Assembly: GCA_963924565.1 (NCBI GenBank)
Contig: OZ004615.1
Location: 17,856,001-17,920,000, forward strand
Source: Ascidiella aspersa
Lineage: Eukaryota
DNA: 64,000 nucleotides
Direction of reading: 5' to 3'
The position numbers and the translations under genes are program-made. This document shows, piece after piece, positions 24,950 through 38,922 of the stretch. Below the pieces are notes generated by a model. It made no database searches and was not told the DNA's origin. It saw nothing but the letters and a program-made list of their open reading frames with translations. Position 1 is the stretch's first letter. Every line of letters begins with the position of its first letter.

Positions 24950-26769
24950 GGAGGCACCTGATGGTAAAATAATCAAAAATAGTGGTTTGGTCTGTTGCGT
25001 AAATATTAAAATTGTAGTTATTTTGGGTTAAGTAATACTAAAAGGCTTACATAATCCATATAAGCGTGGTCCAACTATGTTTAGTAGGGCGGGTCGCGAA
25101 AAAACTTTTTTTTCAAATCCACCTGCCTCATATGGATTTTGATAGATAGACAACTAAAACCGTTGTATACAAAGTTTAAGCTCATTTGAACATGTATTGG
25201 TGTGAGGAAATCGAGTTGAATTTTTGCCGAAAATCGCAAAATCGGGTAAAAATGCGAAAATTTAGGTTATGTTTAATCCATATTTTTTAAGTGAAATTCA
25301 TTTGCTATGACCTTATTCTTGTTTTTTAGACAGTTATGGAATAACTGAAGCAAGGTAGATCTGCAGAGATTACATTTTAATATTTATTTGCAGTAGTATT
25401 AAAAGTTGAATTTTTGCAGAAAATCGCAAAATTTATAAAATGGCAAAATTTTGGATTGCCTGCAATCTGTAGTTTTCAAATCAAACATGACTTCAAATCA
25501 ATGTACGATTTACTCAATTGTCTGACCCCGTTCTTGCGAAACACTGTCCCAAAGCGAAACAAGTAAGTCTGTGACAGTTTTGGAAATTACCGATTTATTC
25601 TTGGAAACATACTTTACGGGAAAACATTCCAAGGCGAATAAACGAGGTTTATTTAGTTTACAAGCTAGTTCTCGCTATGTCGTACGTGACCCAGCCAACG
25701 TAAGCGCGAAGTAACTTGAAGGCAATTTTCCATGGCCTTTTCGAAATGCCACAGGTTTTCTTTTTTGTTTGTTAGTCGTTTTCATCCCCCTGGTTAACAT
25801 TAGCACAAGGCCAGTTTACATCGGCGCTTTGAACGAAACTAAATATATCCATTGGCTTTTCCGGTTCTTTAAAACTTTCCGACGACATTTTCCGAGTGTC
25901 AATTAAAATTCACCGTTACTTTGTTGAAAAATCTTTACGGAGTTTTCCTTTGTGATTATTTACCTGAAACTTTGTTTTGCTTTTTTACAACCCACACAGA
26001 TCGCTTACTGCGCCTTTTGTTTTGCCTTGCGTCCTTACAACAGTAATATCTATTTTGAAATTCGTTTCGACACAATGTAAATAGAGCAGCTGGAAACCAC
26101 ACTGCAATTTCTAACTCTCGAATGTGGTGGCGTCTGTGGTATTTGGCTATAGAACACAATCTTATCGATGTCGCCACACGAAGAATCAACATTACGTGAA
26201 TAGGGCTTTTAAATTTTTTTCTCGATTTCGGTCAAAGCTTGAAAGAAAAATACCGTCGAATGTGTGTAAATTTGTAGGTATATATATACGAGACTCTATT
26301 GAATTTCGTGACGAGACAGCACGTGAAATACACGGCGGGCCTGTCATGGATGTAGGTTGATCGGCAAAACGCATAGCAGTCAGTGGCGGACATTAGGTGT
26401 AACTGTTGGACTATAGGTGCAATCGACAGTCATTATTGTTGACAATTACAACTACAGCCACTTGTTAAGTCCCTGTAACTTCGGCTCCGACAGATTTGGA
26501 ATTCATAGCGAATACAATTGGCCTAAATGACTATTTTAAGATTTCTGTGTGACACAATAGTAGCAGCTTTTAAAAGCTATAGATTAGCAAAACGTCGTCA
26601 TAAAACAGGTAACCGCGTTACTGAGGTTTAGGTTTTTAATCTGATCTAAACAATATTTCTTCTGAGTTTTAGTCAGCCTAAGCGTATTTGAAATTAAGTG
26701 TAACGATGGGAAATACTCACCGAATCTGTCGATCAATGATGCAAGCAAGGCAGGCCAGAAAAACAACTA

Positions 26770-26825
26770 GCCCGCAGTGAGGTTCGAACCCACGACCTCC
26801 GGTCATAACGGGACCGTTGCTCTAG
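26770..26825 (-). pseudogene. tRNA-like fragment (3' half; tRNA pseudogene or tRNA-derived SINE head)
   Basis: Minus strand reads ...CCGGAGGTCGTGGGTTCGAACCTCACTGCGGGC, with a B-box GGTTCGAACC and a T-arm. No intact 5' acceptor stem or D-arm. Also in U3-U5 (~38238, ~48956, ~60510); deleted in U1. Confidence 0.55.
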
Positions 26826-27439
26826 AAGAGAAAGTGGGCTACAGGCAGAGAGAGGAGCGAGTCGAGAAACAACCATACGCCAACACTTGCTACCTTCTGT
26901 CAGTACAAGCAACGACATATTGAAGGGAATCAACAGTACCGTATGATTCTATAAAAGACATACACATGTGGGTTTAATAACAACTGTGATCTAGCCCCTC
27001 GGAAGCTGTTTTTGACCAACGATACGAAAGCCATAATCGTTGGTCAAAAAGCAGCTTTTTCCGAGGGGCTAGATGACAGTTGTTATTAAGTGACTTCCCT
27101 TCAAGTGAGCGACTTCCCTTCATTTATCAAAATAACATTACTTAATTATAACCAGAAGAACTCAAAGCGGAGACCCTGAACACCAAACTTCGTTCACTTA
27201 ATCCAGCACTTGACTGAACTAAAACAATATATGGCTGCTTATTGTAAATCGACAAAATTCGTTTTCGGTTGGTTTTACAATTCGTTAAATGTCTCAGATA
27301 TTTCTTATTTTGTGAATAATAAAACTGAGATTCTGTAAGGCCTAATAGTACTACTACGAGACCCAAACAAACTGACGTAAACTCAACGTATGACCACAAT
27401 TTTTTTGTTTTAGTTTCACCACTATAGTTATTGGCGATA

Positions 27440-29231
27440 ATGACAGGACAAGATAAAGACGAGAAGAACACGTGGAAATATCAATTGTCGGGATGCTTCC
27501 GTAACAAAACCTTATGCATAAAAGCGTTTCTGCTCCCATGTGTATTGGCAGGTGAATAGACCAATAAGAAAGTTTGTTAAAAGTCACCTTAAATAGTTTA
27601 TAGCCCGCAGACCAGTAGAGCCAACACGCGGTTCGCGGGCCGCATGCCGTCATGGTCCAGTTTTATGCGGCTCTTTCGTTCGTTCTGTGTTTGAGTTTCT
27701 TAGGATGTACAATGTAGGCTACAGTTCCAACTTCTTTTGCTTAAGTTATTGATTATATTGTCGGTTCAAACTTATATTGTATGTTACTATATAAAATCAA
27801 GTCAATAAATTTTAGAAACTTCGACAGCGTGATGGTTTTTTTTAAGAAGTACTTAAACACCAATGATTCTATTGAATATATTATGTAATACGCAATAGTG
27901 TTAGTATGCAGCATTTTACAATAATATAACGGAGCAAGAAATGTATGTGTACGCATGGCGGATCTACGGTGCACAATGTCTCTTCGCGAAAACAGTTTTT
28001 GCCTATTTTACTACTTGAATATAAACAAACCTCATTTTGCACTTCCATATTGCCGTGGTACCCATTTTTTCTAAATAGAATATTTTTGCAAATATAACCC
28101 AGCTAAAGCAAATAAGTGTTTTTTGCGGGCATAGTGGAGTTGTCATTATAATAGGCCCTACCCAATGAAAAATCAGAGATTTTTAATTCCTTGTTCGGAT
28201 TTGCCCCTTGAATGTACAACAATAACTAAAACTAACGTGTGTTGTTTAGGGCAAACTGCTGAAGACACCAACCAGGGTTTCTTCGAGGAATGTTGTTTGG
28301 CCGCGCTTTGCTACCCTTGCGGCTCTTACTGCATGGCGATGACCAGACAGGCAACTAGAACTGAGAAAGGAATTGAAGTAAACTATTGTTTTTTCCGAGA
28401 AAAAAATTAGTGTATTCGAAGGTTAACACAGGGAAAACTTTTGATTCGATCCGATGGATGCTTTACTGTAACAATCCGAATTTGCTTCATTACTTCGGTA
28501 AAAATTGAATGAAAAACTTTTCCAGCTATTGTTTTTTTTAACAAAATATTCCTGGGACGAATACAGAAAAAGCCTTTTTATTATTTATGCTCAAATTAAG
28601 ACCTATCTTGGATTTGTAAGAAAACAAATTATTTTTTTTTAACTTTTGTCATCACTATATCCATACGAAATTTATCAAACTTTCTTAGACAAATTCGTGT
28701 AAAATGAATTTAAAATTCACATAAGCTACAAGCATTTTTCTATTTTCTACCTTCAGGGCACGTTCGCAGATGATTGTCTTGCATCGTTGTGCTGTCCTTG
28801 CTGCACTCTTGTACAAATTAGAATGGTGAGAAATAAATTTATCAGAAGTAGTAGGCTAATATTGAAAGCCAACTTGTGTAACCGATGTCAAGCCACGTTA
28901 TTTTAACACTATACAAAATAAATTTCAGTGTGACTACAAAAATACAGTTATTTTGAATTATTAGCACTAACCACTAACAAATAATAATAATTAAACACCA
29001 TTGTCAGGTAACGAGGTACTGCGTAAAATCTGAACTTAACAAAAAAGTTTACAAACACCCAATAATAGTAGTCGGTTGAAGAACTTTTTAAAAGACATAT
29101 TTTTTATACATTATATTAAAAGGTACCGTAGGCTTATTTATAGTTTTACCAAGATGTCATTGCATTCCGGTAATTTTGTTTGTGAATTGCAGGAACTCGA
29201 GCACAAAGAACAACGTATTGAGCGAAGTTAA
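27440..29231 (+). CDS. PLAC8: PLAC8-family paralog B, copy 2 (115 aa)
   Basis: Exons 27440-27551, 28250-28377, 28757-28825, 29193-29231. Intact; KGIE instead of KGVE. Confidence 0.9.
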
Positions 29232-32200
29232 AGGCCGGGAAAAAATAAGTTCGAAGATGAACTGATTCTAACATCGTTTTATCCTACTTTGTGGACAAAA
29301 TAGCACAAATTTATTTATTTTCTGTATCTTATTTGACAGATAAATGTGAAGTTTTCCTGCTTTATAGATTAATTTTTATTTGTTTCTTTACCTTCGTCGG
29401 GCTGGTTAGTTTTTTCGTGCTGAAACCTTGCATGCTATTGTGCTGAAATCTTTCTCATTTTTTCTCTTGTATTTAAGTGCGAAATGCAATGTCGTGTGCA
29501 CTCTAAATGTTTGTTTTTATGATGATCAGGTACGACCAATGGTAAAGGTATATAGGAAAGGTGTGACAGTATAGGCAAGCTTTTGTATATTCTGGACGAT
29601 ATCCAGAGCTATATATAAATCTTTTGAGATTTGTTTTAGAACCTTTACAAAAAAGTACGTTGATTAACATTGTTTGAACAAGAAGTGACGCTAGTTTACT
29701 CAGTAAACAAAATCTTGATATTTATCACCTTAGCAACTTCACTATTTTTGGATGTTTGTTTTTGGCCCAATTATTTTATGTTTGCTGGAAGTTTGGAACG
29801 TACCCGGAATAGAAAAATCTGTTTTCCAAACACTTTTTGCTTGACTTAAGACTTTGGACAAACGACTTGGGATGAAATAAAAGGAATTTTATTTTATTTT
29901 TTATAAAATTGGGTGATTTATTTCAGTTTGTGCACGTAAAAATAATATCTTACTATTTCGCGTTTTTGTTAAGTTTTAGTCGAGTTATTGCTCATAATCG
30001 GATAAGTTTGCCTATTTTAATAGTTTAAAGTTTTATTTTGACGTCAATGAACTTGCTCCAATTATGACTACTTATTACTTATTAAATAAAACTTGACTTG
30101 AACTTAAGTTATTATACACAGGACTTGACTTGGACGTTATTTCACAAATGACTTGGGACTTTAGTCACTTTAAATTGACTTACTTATGACACTGATTACG
30201 GTACTATAAACTTAACTTTAAAAGAAAGTTGCCATTAAAATCAAACTCCAGTTCGTTTAGTCTTGTACTGCGAATTAGGTAGCGAAATTTTGTTGCTAAA
30301 AGTAGTGCTTTGCTTGAAATCCGGGTAGCCCACTTTCTTGCAAAACGACATTAGATTGCAAATTGCTGGCGGTAATAGGACATTGCTATTAATAAAATGT
30401 TATTTGGAAAGGTTTTGCTGCTTCTAACGTCTGGGTCTCATTTCGACGCTAGGCAGATGCATGGCAACATTGACCTTATTGGAATTTGCCTCAAAGAAAG
30501 GTCTTCATTTGTTTAGTTATTAACATTTGTGCACCGTGGATGGGTGTGTGTGCCTTTTAGACAAGAATCCACAATTGCAAGCAACTATCGTTTTTTTTTT
30601 TGCAAACCATCTTCGTTCATGCACCACATTTTAATCCTATAGCGGTAAACTTGCGACACTAAAAGCAACACAACTTATAGTCTTCTAAGATGAGCGTTCG
30701 TAAGTAAAGCCAAATAAAAATGCTTTGTACAATCGGCAGCCATGGCACCGAATAAATTCTCTATTAATGGAAACATGTTGCTACACACTTGTATCGATTA
30801 GTAATTTCGAAACAAAAACGTTCTTCACTACAGCTGCTAAACAAGATGCCCTGTATGAGGAAAATACTCAAGACTGCCACAAGCGACAACTTTTCAGGAC
30901 ACCGGATCTTCTAATAGCAAGAATAACAAGTATATAATATTAATAACAGCAAAGGCAATAAATTTTCGAAATATGCAAGCAAGTGCTGTAACTGTACACA
31001 AAGTAACGCAACAAACCAAAGCTCCCGAGAAAGCGAATAAATACAAAAAAATGCGACTTAGAAGCGCTCAAAAAGGGCATTTGGGGCTCGTTGCCCGATA
31101 GCACCAATACTTGAATGATATTGCACGTGTTGCATATTGTTGCGTTACGAAACGCAGTGTAAAGGATATTTCGTGTCTGTAAATAAACACCCTTTGGGGT
31201 TAATTTTGTGTTGCGCGCTTCCTATAGACAAAACACGCAACGCATTTGCAACTGGCGGCAAATCTAAACAATCGTTTGCCACTGAATTCAGTTCCTTAGT
31301 AAAAAAGCACCTATACTTTACATGAGCGTTTGGGTTTGCGACAGTATGGTTTCGTTTTAGTCGAGGGTTAGTCATTTGACTAAGTTTGTAATATTGAACA
31401 GTGAGGTGTTTTCATAGATGTACAATCACTCATATAGCATGCGTAAAGAAAATGTCCAAGCCACGAGCCAATCTAAAAACTATAGGCTCCTGTATTATAT
31501 TTATTAAAAGCGATTTTTTTGCCTTTTTGCCAGGCTTTTTGTTCTTAGTTGGAGGACTCGTTTAGCTTTACTTTATTTTAAACGACTAAAAAAGATTGTC
31601 GGTGAAATATTTCCATCATTTAACTGTTGATAACCAAGCAAAGTCTTAGGAATTATTCTAATACAAATCGTTAAATTCGCATATTATGATTGAGTAAACT
31701 CTACTTTTAAATTGCAGTAAACCAGTAACCACAGGGGCAAATCGTCGCAACTCGCAAGACATATATAACTCGAATTAAATTAGGTATAGCGCCTGATCAC
31801 ACGTCTCTGGTATAAACCCTTAGTTGTCGCATGCCCAAACAAGTGCCTGATTTAGGCGACCGCATACAAAATGCTTTACAAAAAATAAACCGTCACTGGG
31901 CGGCGTTGGATCTTTCATAGCTCCGAAATTCGAAGGAAAAAAAAACTTGACGCGGCGCTCAGATGGCTGTATACCTTCCCATGTACTTCAAGCAGAAGCC
32001 CTGTGGCCTGTCGTGCCCACTTAAATAGTTTGGTTTCTGCATTTGTTCCAGCAGGCTCATAATCTGGCTGGCGGTCTGTTGCGCTTCGGGGACTTCCTCG
32101 CCCGCGTCGAGGCGCGTAGTTTTGCCCGGGTGGGGCTCGGTGGTGGTTGAGCGCTCGTGGGGACTTTTCCCGGAGAGGGGGGCGTTGTCGGGGAGGATGT

Positions 32201-32331
32201 CGGGCCGTGACACGATACGCTGTTTGACGTCATCGTCTTCGCTCATGTCTGGCCATTCGGAAGGCGAGGTTTCCGCGGTTTCTGCGCGGAAAATAGCGGG
32301 TGAAGTTTTGCGTTGCTTTGATGAGTTAAAG

Positions 32332-32796
32332 CAGGGGTCGGCAACCTTTTTGGTCCTGCGGACCGGTTTGAAACTAAAAATATTTTGCGGTCCGGCTTTA
32401 AAAACAACAAATGTTCAGTAAAGGTAACTTATTGCATATTTTTTTTAATGAACTAATTAAAATGCATGTGCTTGTTTCTAAAACTTTCTTGCCTGAACGT
32501 CAAATAATAAATCATTTTGCAATGCATCTCATATGGCCACAGCACACTCGTTTGTTTTGAACCTCACCAGTGCTTAATAATAATTAAGACTTTTTAGCAT
32601 ACCAATCAACCGTGGAGTATGTTTAAACGAAAGTTACTGTGTTTTGAATAGAAAACTACATTTAATTGTTGTTTGCCTTATTTTTAAGTTTCTTGGCATA
32701 TTGAGTTCAGTTTGGGTTTAAATAAAATTTTAAATCTGGCAACCCTGCTAAGGACCGGTGACCAACTCCTCGCGAACCGGCGGTTGCCGACCACTG
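32332..32796. mobile_element. hAT MITE family alpha, 465 bp (U2)
   Basis: TSD AGTTAAAG on both sides; TIR CAGGGGTCGGCAACC / GGTTGCCGACCACTG. Confidence 0.88.
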
Positions 32797-33968
32797 AGTT
32801 AAAGGATGGCGATAATATTGGGTCGCATGCGATACCCGACTAGTATTTATGTATGTTCGATAACAAGGTGGTAACTGTATCGATTCGATGCCATGTTGTG
32901 CATTTAAGTCATGACTTGCGACCCAATGCGTGTACAAACAAATAGTAAAAGCATATTTATAATAAAACTTTTAGAACTTATTGTTGTTCGAAGCGGGTAG
33001 GATTCTGTTGTGGAAACACGTATTAAGTTTTGATTATTTTGTTAGCAGTAATGAAGTTATTTCGATCAGAAGGCCGAATGTTTGGCTCATGATGATATCG
33101 CGTACAAGTGTGTTGCACATATTGGAGACATTAGACCTGATAATTCATAATTCGACTTGTGTAGGTTGACAAATTGATACCGATCTGAAGTTAGAAATTA
33201 CGGTTAGAAAAAAACAACAATATATTTTATACCTTGAAGTGATATGCTGTCGCTGATGAAGTTCGCTCCGGATTGCTTCTGTGGCGTCGAGGATAAATGC
33301 TGTTCAGCCTCGCTTTGCCTTCTTCTCTCTTTCGCGTTGACGAGAGTGCGCACGAGCGTTTGAAGTTTTTCAAGTTTTTGCTGCAAACAAAAAATAAAAG
33401 TAGATTAATTAATAAAACGTTAAACAACAAAACAACGGTTGCTAACCATTTAAAATTGACACCCTCTTTAAAAACGTAGAGTTGTTAGCGTAAAGCGCCA
33501 AAAAGTTTATATTTACACAGTAAATGCTGTAAAAACTAGTTATGCGGGACATGGTCTGCTATTTCGATCCAGGAAACCATTTGACTTCAAAACAGTTCTG
33601 TTATCAACTAAACTTGACTTGTGAACTTCTACGAGATTTATTGAAAGACTTGAATACCGCCCAAACTGTTTTATGTTGCAATAATTCAGTTTAATAAGAT
33701 GAAGCCAAACAAATCCGTATGGTGCATACGGTTCGGCTTTTGTTGGATTAAAACGAAATTGAATAGAAGGATTTTTTTGACAGATTTAAATCGTTCCTGT
33801 GCGACCCACTTGTTTACCCTTCGCGAACCATGTTTAGGCACCACTGTTTTAGGGAACACTCGATGAAACCTTCCAGCATTTCATGCGTAATTTATTTTGC
33901 GGTCGTACTAACAGCGGGAACACAAAATAAGACCTACAAGGCAGCAATATCTTAAGCAGATTAATCTA

Positions 33969-34633
33969 CAATACCATAGCATTACGACAACAAAACCATC
34001 GACAATACCATAGCATTACGACAACAAAACCATCTGCAATACCATAGCATTCCGACGACAAAACCATATGCAATACCATAGCATTCCGACGACAAAACCA
34101 TCGACAATACCATAGCATTACGACGACAAAACCATCTGCAATACCATAGCATTACGACGACAAAACCATCGACAATACCATAGCATTCCGACGACAAAAC
34201 CATCTGCAATACCATAGCATTACGACGACAAAACCATCTGCAATACCATAGCATTACGACGACAAAACCATCGACAATACCATAGCATTCCGACGACAAA
34301 ACCATATGCAATACCATGGCATTACGACGACAAAACCATCTGCAATACCATAGCATTACGACGACAAAACCATCGACAATACCATAGCATTCCGACGACA
34401 AAACCATCTGCAATACCATAGCATTACGACGACAAAACCATCTGCAATACCATAGCATTACGACGACAAAACCATCGACAATACCATAGCATTCCGACGA
34501 CAAAACCATATGCAATACCATGGCATTACGACGACAAAACCATCTGCAATACCATGGCATTACGACGACAAAACCATCTGCAATACCATAGCATTACGAC
34601 GACAAAACCATCTGCGATACAATAGCATTACGA
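33969..34633. repeat. 34-bp minisatellite, ~19.6 copies, in a GOLGA2 intron (U2)
   Basis: Unit CAATACCATAGCATTACGACGACAAAACCATCTG with CATTAC/CATTCC and ATCTG/ATCGA/ATATG variants. Confidence 0.95.
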
Positions 34634-37600
34634 GAAATTGGGTTAGGGTTAAAACTATACATGACCCACCTGCATAACTTCTCGTTCTTGAGCGATGGAC
34701 GAAACGTACTCGTCCTTCTCGTGATGACGCTGCTTGAGCAGCTGACGTTGGTTGTGGTAAAATGTGATGTACTCGCCTGACGGTTGAAAGAAACGAAACA
34801 TTAAACACTTACCACACCATAGATAATGTGTCCTAAAACCAAGAAATCTACTGGAAAATCTACTGGTAAAAACATCACGCGCTATTCTGGGTACAATCCC
34901 AGTTATATGGACAAGTTGTGGACATCATTGTATGTGAAATGCCGTACATTTATTCAATTCAGCGATATAAACTTGTTTTATATTTGAGTACCTTGAGAGG
35001 AAATTATTGAGATGGGTAATCTTAAATTAGTAAGTGTAAAAGTGTTTAAACTGTATGCAATTTATTTGAAACGTTCAGTATTAAGGCATATAATAAGTTT
35101 TTTAGAGCACTCGTACAGCCCACATTGAGTGTGGCCCGCGAACAATACGCACATAACGTTGTATCCCCGGATGCTGACAATCTTGGGACCATCAAGCACT
35201 TTATCAAGCGCCTATCGTACATGTCGAGTTTCACAGTTTTGTATTGAATCAACGATTCGAATTCTTTTGTGGGCTGCAAAAAGCCGACAAAAGTCGCTTT
35301 CCTAACGTAAATTTATTTATATCACACCGACAACGATTCTTTAAGTTCACTCTCCAATCAAACACGCAAGTTAAAAACGTTGCCCATTTCGATCCATGTT
35401 GTTGTAGTTGAATTTTTGCCAGTTTTAAACGCTAGCCGTTATCTTACCGATGGTGTCGCACTCGTTTTGCAGCTGCAAATTGATGTGTTCGAGCTCCTCC
35501 ACTTTGCTTAGGGCGTCCACCTTCTCCGTCATTACTTTAGTAAAGCGATCCTAGAGCAAAAGCAAAAAATTTTCATAAACTGACAGGTTTTGTCTATTCT
35601 ATGAGAAGATTTGGGATTCATTGAATGAATGCCAGTGACCAAAAATACTTAAAGTGTGGTGATACTTGGACAGCTTAGTGCCTTTTTATTAATTCAAACA
35701 CGTCAAATGCACGAAGCACGAATTAGAACGCAAAAACTTGCAATTGTCACCCGGCGATATTTCACGCAATAACATTACGATGAAGGCTATAGACAAATTA
35801 GATTCGACTGAAGTACCAATTTCTTAGGCGCTGTTAAAGTTTTGTCACTGCAAAGAATTGAACAGCAACTAAAAGAGTACCAGTCAATGCTGAATTCTGT
35901 ATCAGCTCTACCACGTTAGTAAATATTAAAATAAATCTCAACAGTATAAACGCAATGGCCAACAAAATAGCAAAAAGTTAAAAATAATTGTTTTACTACA
36001 GCGATTTCTAGACACTTAAATTAAGCTGCTCATAAAATAAATTTAAAAAGATTTTCGAAAATCATAGTTTTTCTTCAATCAAATCAAATCAAAGCCATTT
36101 AAATATTTGAAGACTTAGTGAAACCTTACGTTACAATAATTAGCAACTCGAAGAGCTATTGGAGTATATTTGCTAACTGGCTGAATCAAATATCTCGAGA
36201 AAAACCCACCTGAAGCAAGGACATGTTCTTGACCAACGACTCGTGTTCTTCCATTGACACTTCCAGGTCCGGCGAAGGCCGGCTCTCGTTGTTTGCGGAT
36301 TCCTGCAATGCGGAGGACCTCTCCAGCTCTGTCTTCTGCTGTTCCAACCTCCGGACGAAGATCGACTTTTCCTCCTGGAGGTCAGCGATCGAGCGGTTCA
36401 ACTGAGACACCTGGTGGTAAAATAATCAAAAATAGTGGTTTGGTGTGTTGCGTAAACATTAAAATTGTAGCTATTTTGGGTTAAGTAATACTACAAGGCT
36501 TACATAATCCATATAATCGTGGTCCAACTATGTTTAGTAGGGCGGGTCGCGAAAACACTTTTTTTTCAAATCCACCTGCCTCATATGGATTTTGATAGAT
36601 AGACACCTAAAACCGTTGTATACGAAGTTTAAGCTCATTTGAACATGTATTGGTGTGAGGAAATCGAGATGAATTTTTGCCAAAAATCGCAAAATCGGGT
36701 AAAAATGCGAAAATTTAGGTTATGTTTAATCCATATTTTTTACTTGAAATTCATTTGCTATGACCTTATTCTTGTTTTTTAGACAGTTATGGAATATTTG
36801 AAGCAAGATAGATCTGCAGAGATTACATTTTAATATTTATTTGCAGTAGTATTAAAAATTGGATTTTTGCAGAAAATCGCAAAATTTATAAAAAGGCAAA
36901 ATTTTGGATTGCCTGCAAACTGTAGTTTTCAAATCAAACATGACTTTAAATTAATGTACGATTTACTCAATTGTCTGACCCCCTTCTTGCGAAACACTGT
37001 CCCAAAGTGAAACAAGTAAGTCTGTGACAGTTTTGGAAATTACCGACTTATTCTTGGAAACATACTTTACGGGGAAACATAACAAGGCGAATAAACGAGG
37101 TTTATTTAGTTTACAAGCTAGTTCTCGCTATGTCGTACGTGACCCAGCCAACGTAAGCGCGAAGTAACTTGAAGGCAATTTTCCATGGCCTTTTCGAAAT
37201 GCCACAGGTTCTTTTTTGTTTGTCGGTCGTTTTCATCCCCCTGGTTAACAACAGCACAAGGCCAGTTTATATCAGCGCTTTGAACGAAACTAAATATATC
37301 CATTGGTTTTTCGGATTCTTTAAAACTTTCCGACGACAATCCGAGTGTCAATCAAAACTCACCGTTGCTTTGTTGAAAAATCTTTACGGAGTTTTCCTTT
37401 GTGATTACCTGAAACTTTTTTGTTTGTTCGTAGCCCGCAGATCGCTTACTGCGCCTTTTGTTTTGCCTTGCGTCTCTACAACAGTAATATCTATTTTAAA
37501 ATTGGTTTCGACACAATGTAAACAGAGCAGCTGGAAACCACCCTGCAATTTCTAACGCTCGAAGGTTGTGGCGTTTGTTGTATTTGGCTATAGAACCCAA

Positions 37601-38922
37601 TCTTATCGATGTCGCCACACGAAGAATCAACATTACGTGAATAGGGCTTTTTTTTTAATTTTTCTCGATTTCAAGCTTCAAAGAAAAATACCGTCGAATG
37701 TATGTAAATTTGTAGGTATATATATATGGGAAATGTTTTTTAAAACGAGACTCTATTGAATTTCGTGACGAGACAGCACGTGAAATACACGTCGGGCCTG
37801 TCATGGATGTAGGTTAATCGGCAAAGCGCATAGCAGTCAGTGGCGGACATTAGGTGTAACTGTTGGAAGTTGGACTATAGGTGCAATCAACAGTCATTAT
37901 CGTTGACAATTAATTACAACTACAGCCACTTGTTAAGTCCCTTTAACATCGGCTCCGACAGATTTGGAATTCATAGCTAATATAATTGGCCCAAATGACT
38001 ATTTTAAGATTTCTGTGTGATACAATAGTAGCAGCTTTCAAAAGCTATAGATTAGCAAAACGTCGTCATAAAACAGGTAACCGCGTTACTGAGATTTAGG
38101 TTTTTAATCTGATCTAAACAATATTTCTTCTGAGTTTTAGTCAGCCTAAGCGTATTTGAAATTAAGTGTAACAATGGGAAATACTCACCGAATCTGTCGA
38201 TCAATGATGCAAGCAAGGCAGGCCAGAAAAACAAGCAGCCCGCAGTGAGGTTCGAGCCCACGACCTCCGGTCATACAGGACCTTTGGTCATACCGGGCCG
38301 TTGCTCTAGAAAAGAGTGAGTTATACACCGGCATAGAGAGGAGCGAGTCGAGAAACAACCATACGCCAATACCTGCTGCATTCTGTTAGTACAAGCAACT
38401 TCATATTGAAGGGAATCAACAGTACCGTATCATTCAATAAAAGGCACACACATGTGGGTTTAATAACAACTGTGATCTAGCCCCTCAGAAGCTGTTTTTT
38501 GACCAACGATACGGAAGCCATTATCGTTTGTCAAAAAGCAGCCTACGAAGGGCTAGATCACAGTTGTTATTAAACACATATGTGTGAGTGTCTTAATTCC
38601 CTTCATTTATCAAAATAGCATTACTTAATTATAACCAGAAGAACTCAAAACGGAGACCCTGAATACAAAACTTCGTTCACTTAATCCAGCACTTGACTGA
38701 ACTAAAACAATATAGGGCTGCTTATTGTCAATCGACAAAATTCGTTTTCGGTTGGTTTTACAATTCGTTAAATGTCTCAGATATTTCTTATTTTGTGTAT
38801 AATAAAACTAAGATTCTGTTAGGCTTAATAGTACTACTACGAGACCCAAACAAACTGACGCAAACTCAGCGTATGACCACAATTTTTTTGTTTTAGTTTC
38901 ACCATTATAGTTATTGGCGATA

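Larger units (their letters stand above)
31959..36410 (-). pseudogene. GOLGA2: GOLGA2/GM130 3' fragment, unit 2 (five exons, frame fully open, no start codon or 5' exons)
   Basis: Exons 36410-36210 (VSQLNRSIADLQEEK...VSMEEHESLVKNMSLLQ), 35550-35448, 34776-34670 (EYITFYHNQ...), 33380-33233 and 32281-31959. Total 882 nt = 293 aa + stop, canonical splice sites. The upstream intron runs into the unit junction at 36956. Confidence 0.82.

Noticed and set aside
26770-26825. Functional tRNA gene
   Set aside because: Only the 3' half with a B-box is present; the anticodon arm is irregular, locally duplicated in U3-U5 and deleted in U1.
33982-34560. 192-aa Cys/Trp-rich repetitive ORF (also 56254-56832)
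   Set aside because: It is a translation artefact of the 34-bp minisatellite (34-aa period = 3 units), lies in an intron, and is absent or short in U1/U3.
33969-34633. Possible CRISPR array
   Set aside because: The repeats are contiguous with no unique spacers, there are no cas genes, and the context is a eukaryotic intron.
34640-34651. Interstitial telomere (GGGTTAGGGTTA)
   Set aside because: Only two units; too short to distinguish from chance.
37169-37555. 128-aa hydrophobic ORF recurring in U3-U5
   Set aside because: Recurrence reflects the duplication. The homologous DNA in U1 and U2 is frameshifted, it starts at a non-ATG codon, and it has no motif or splice support.
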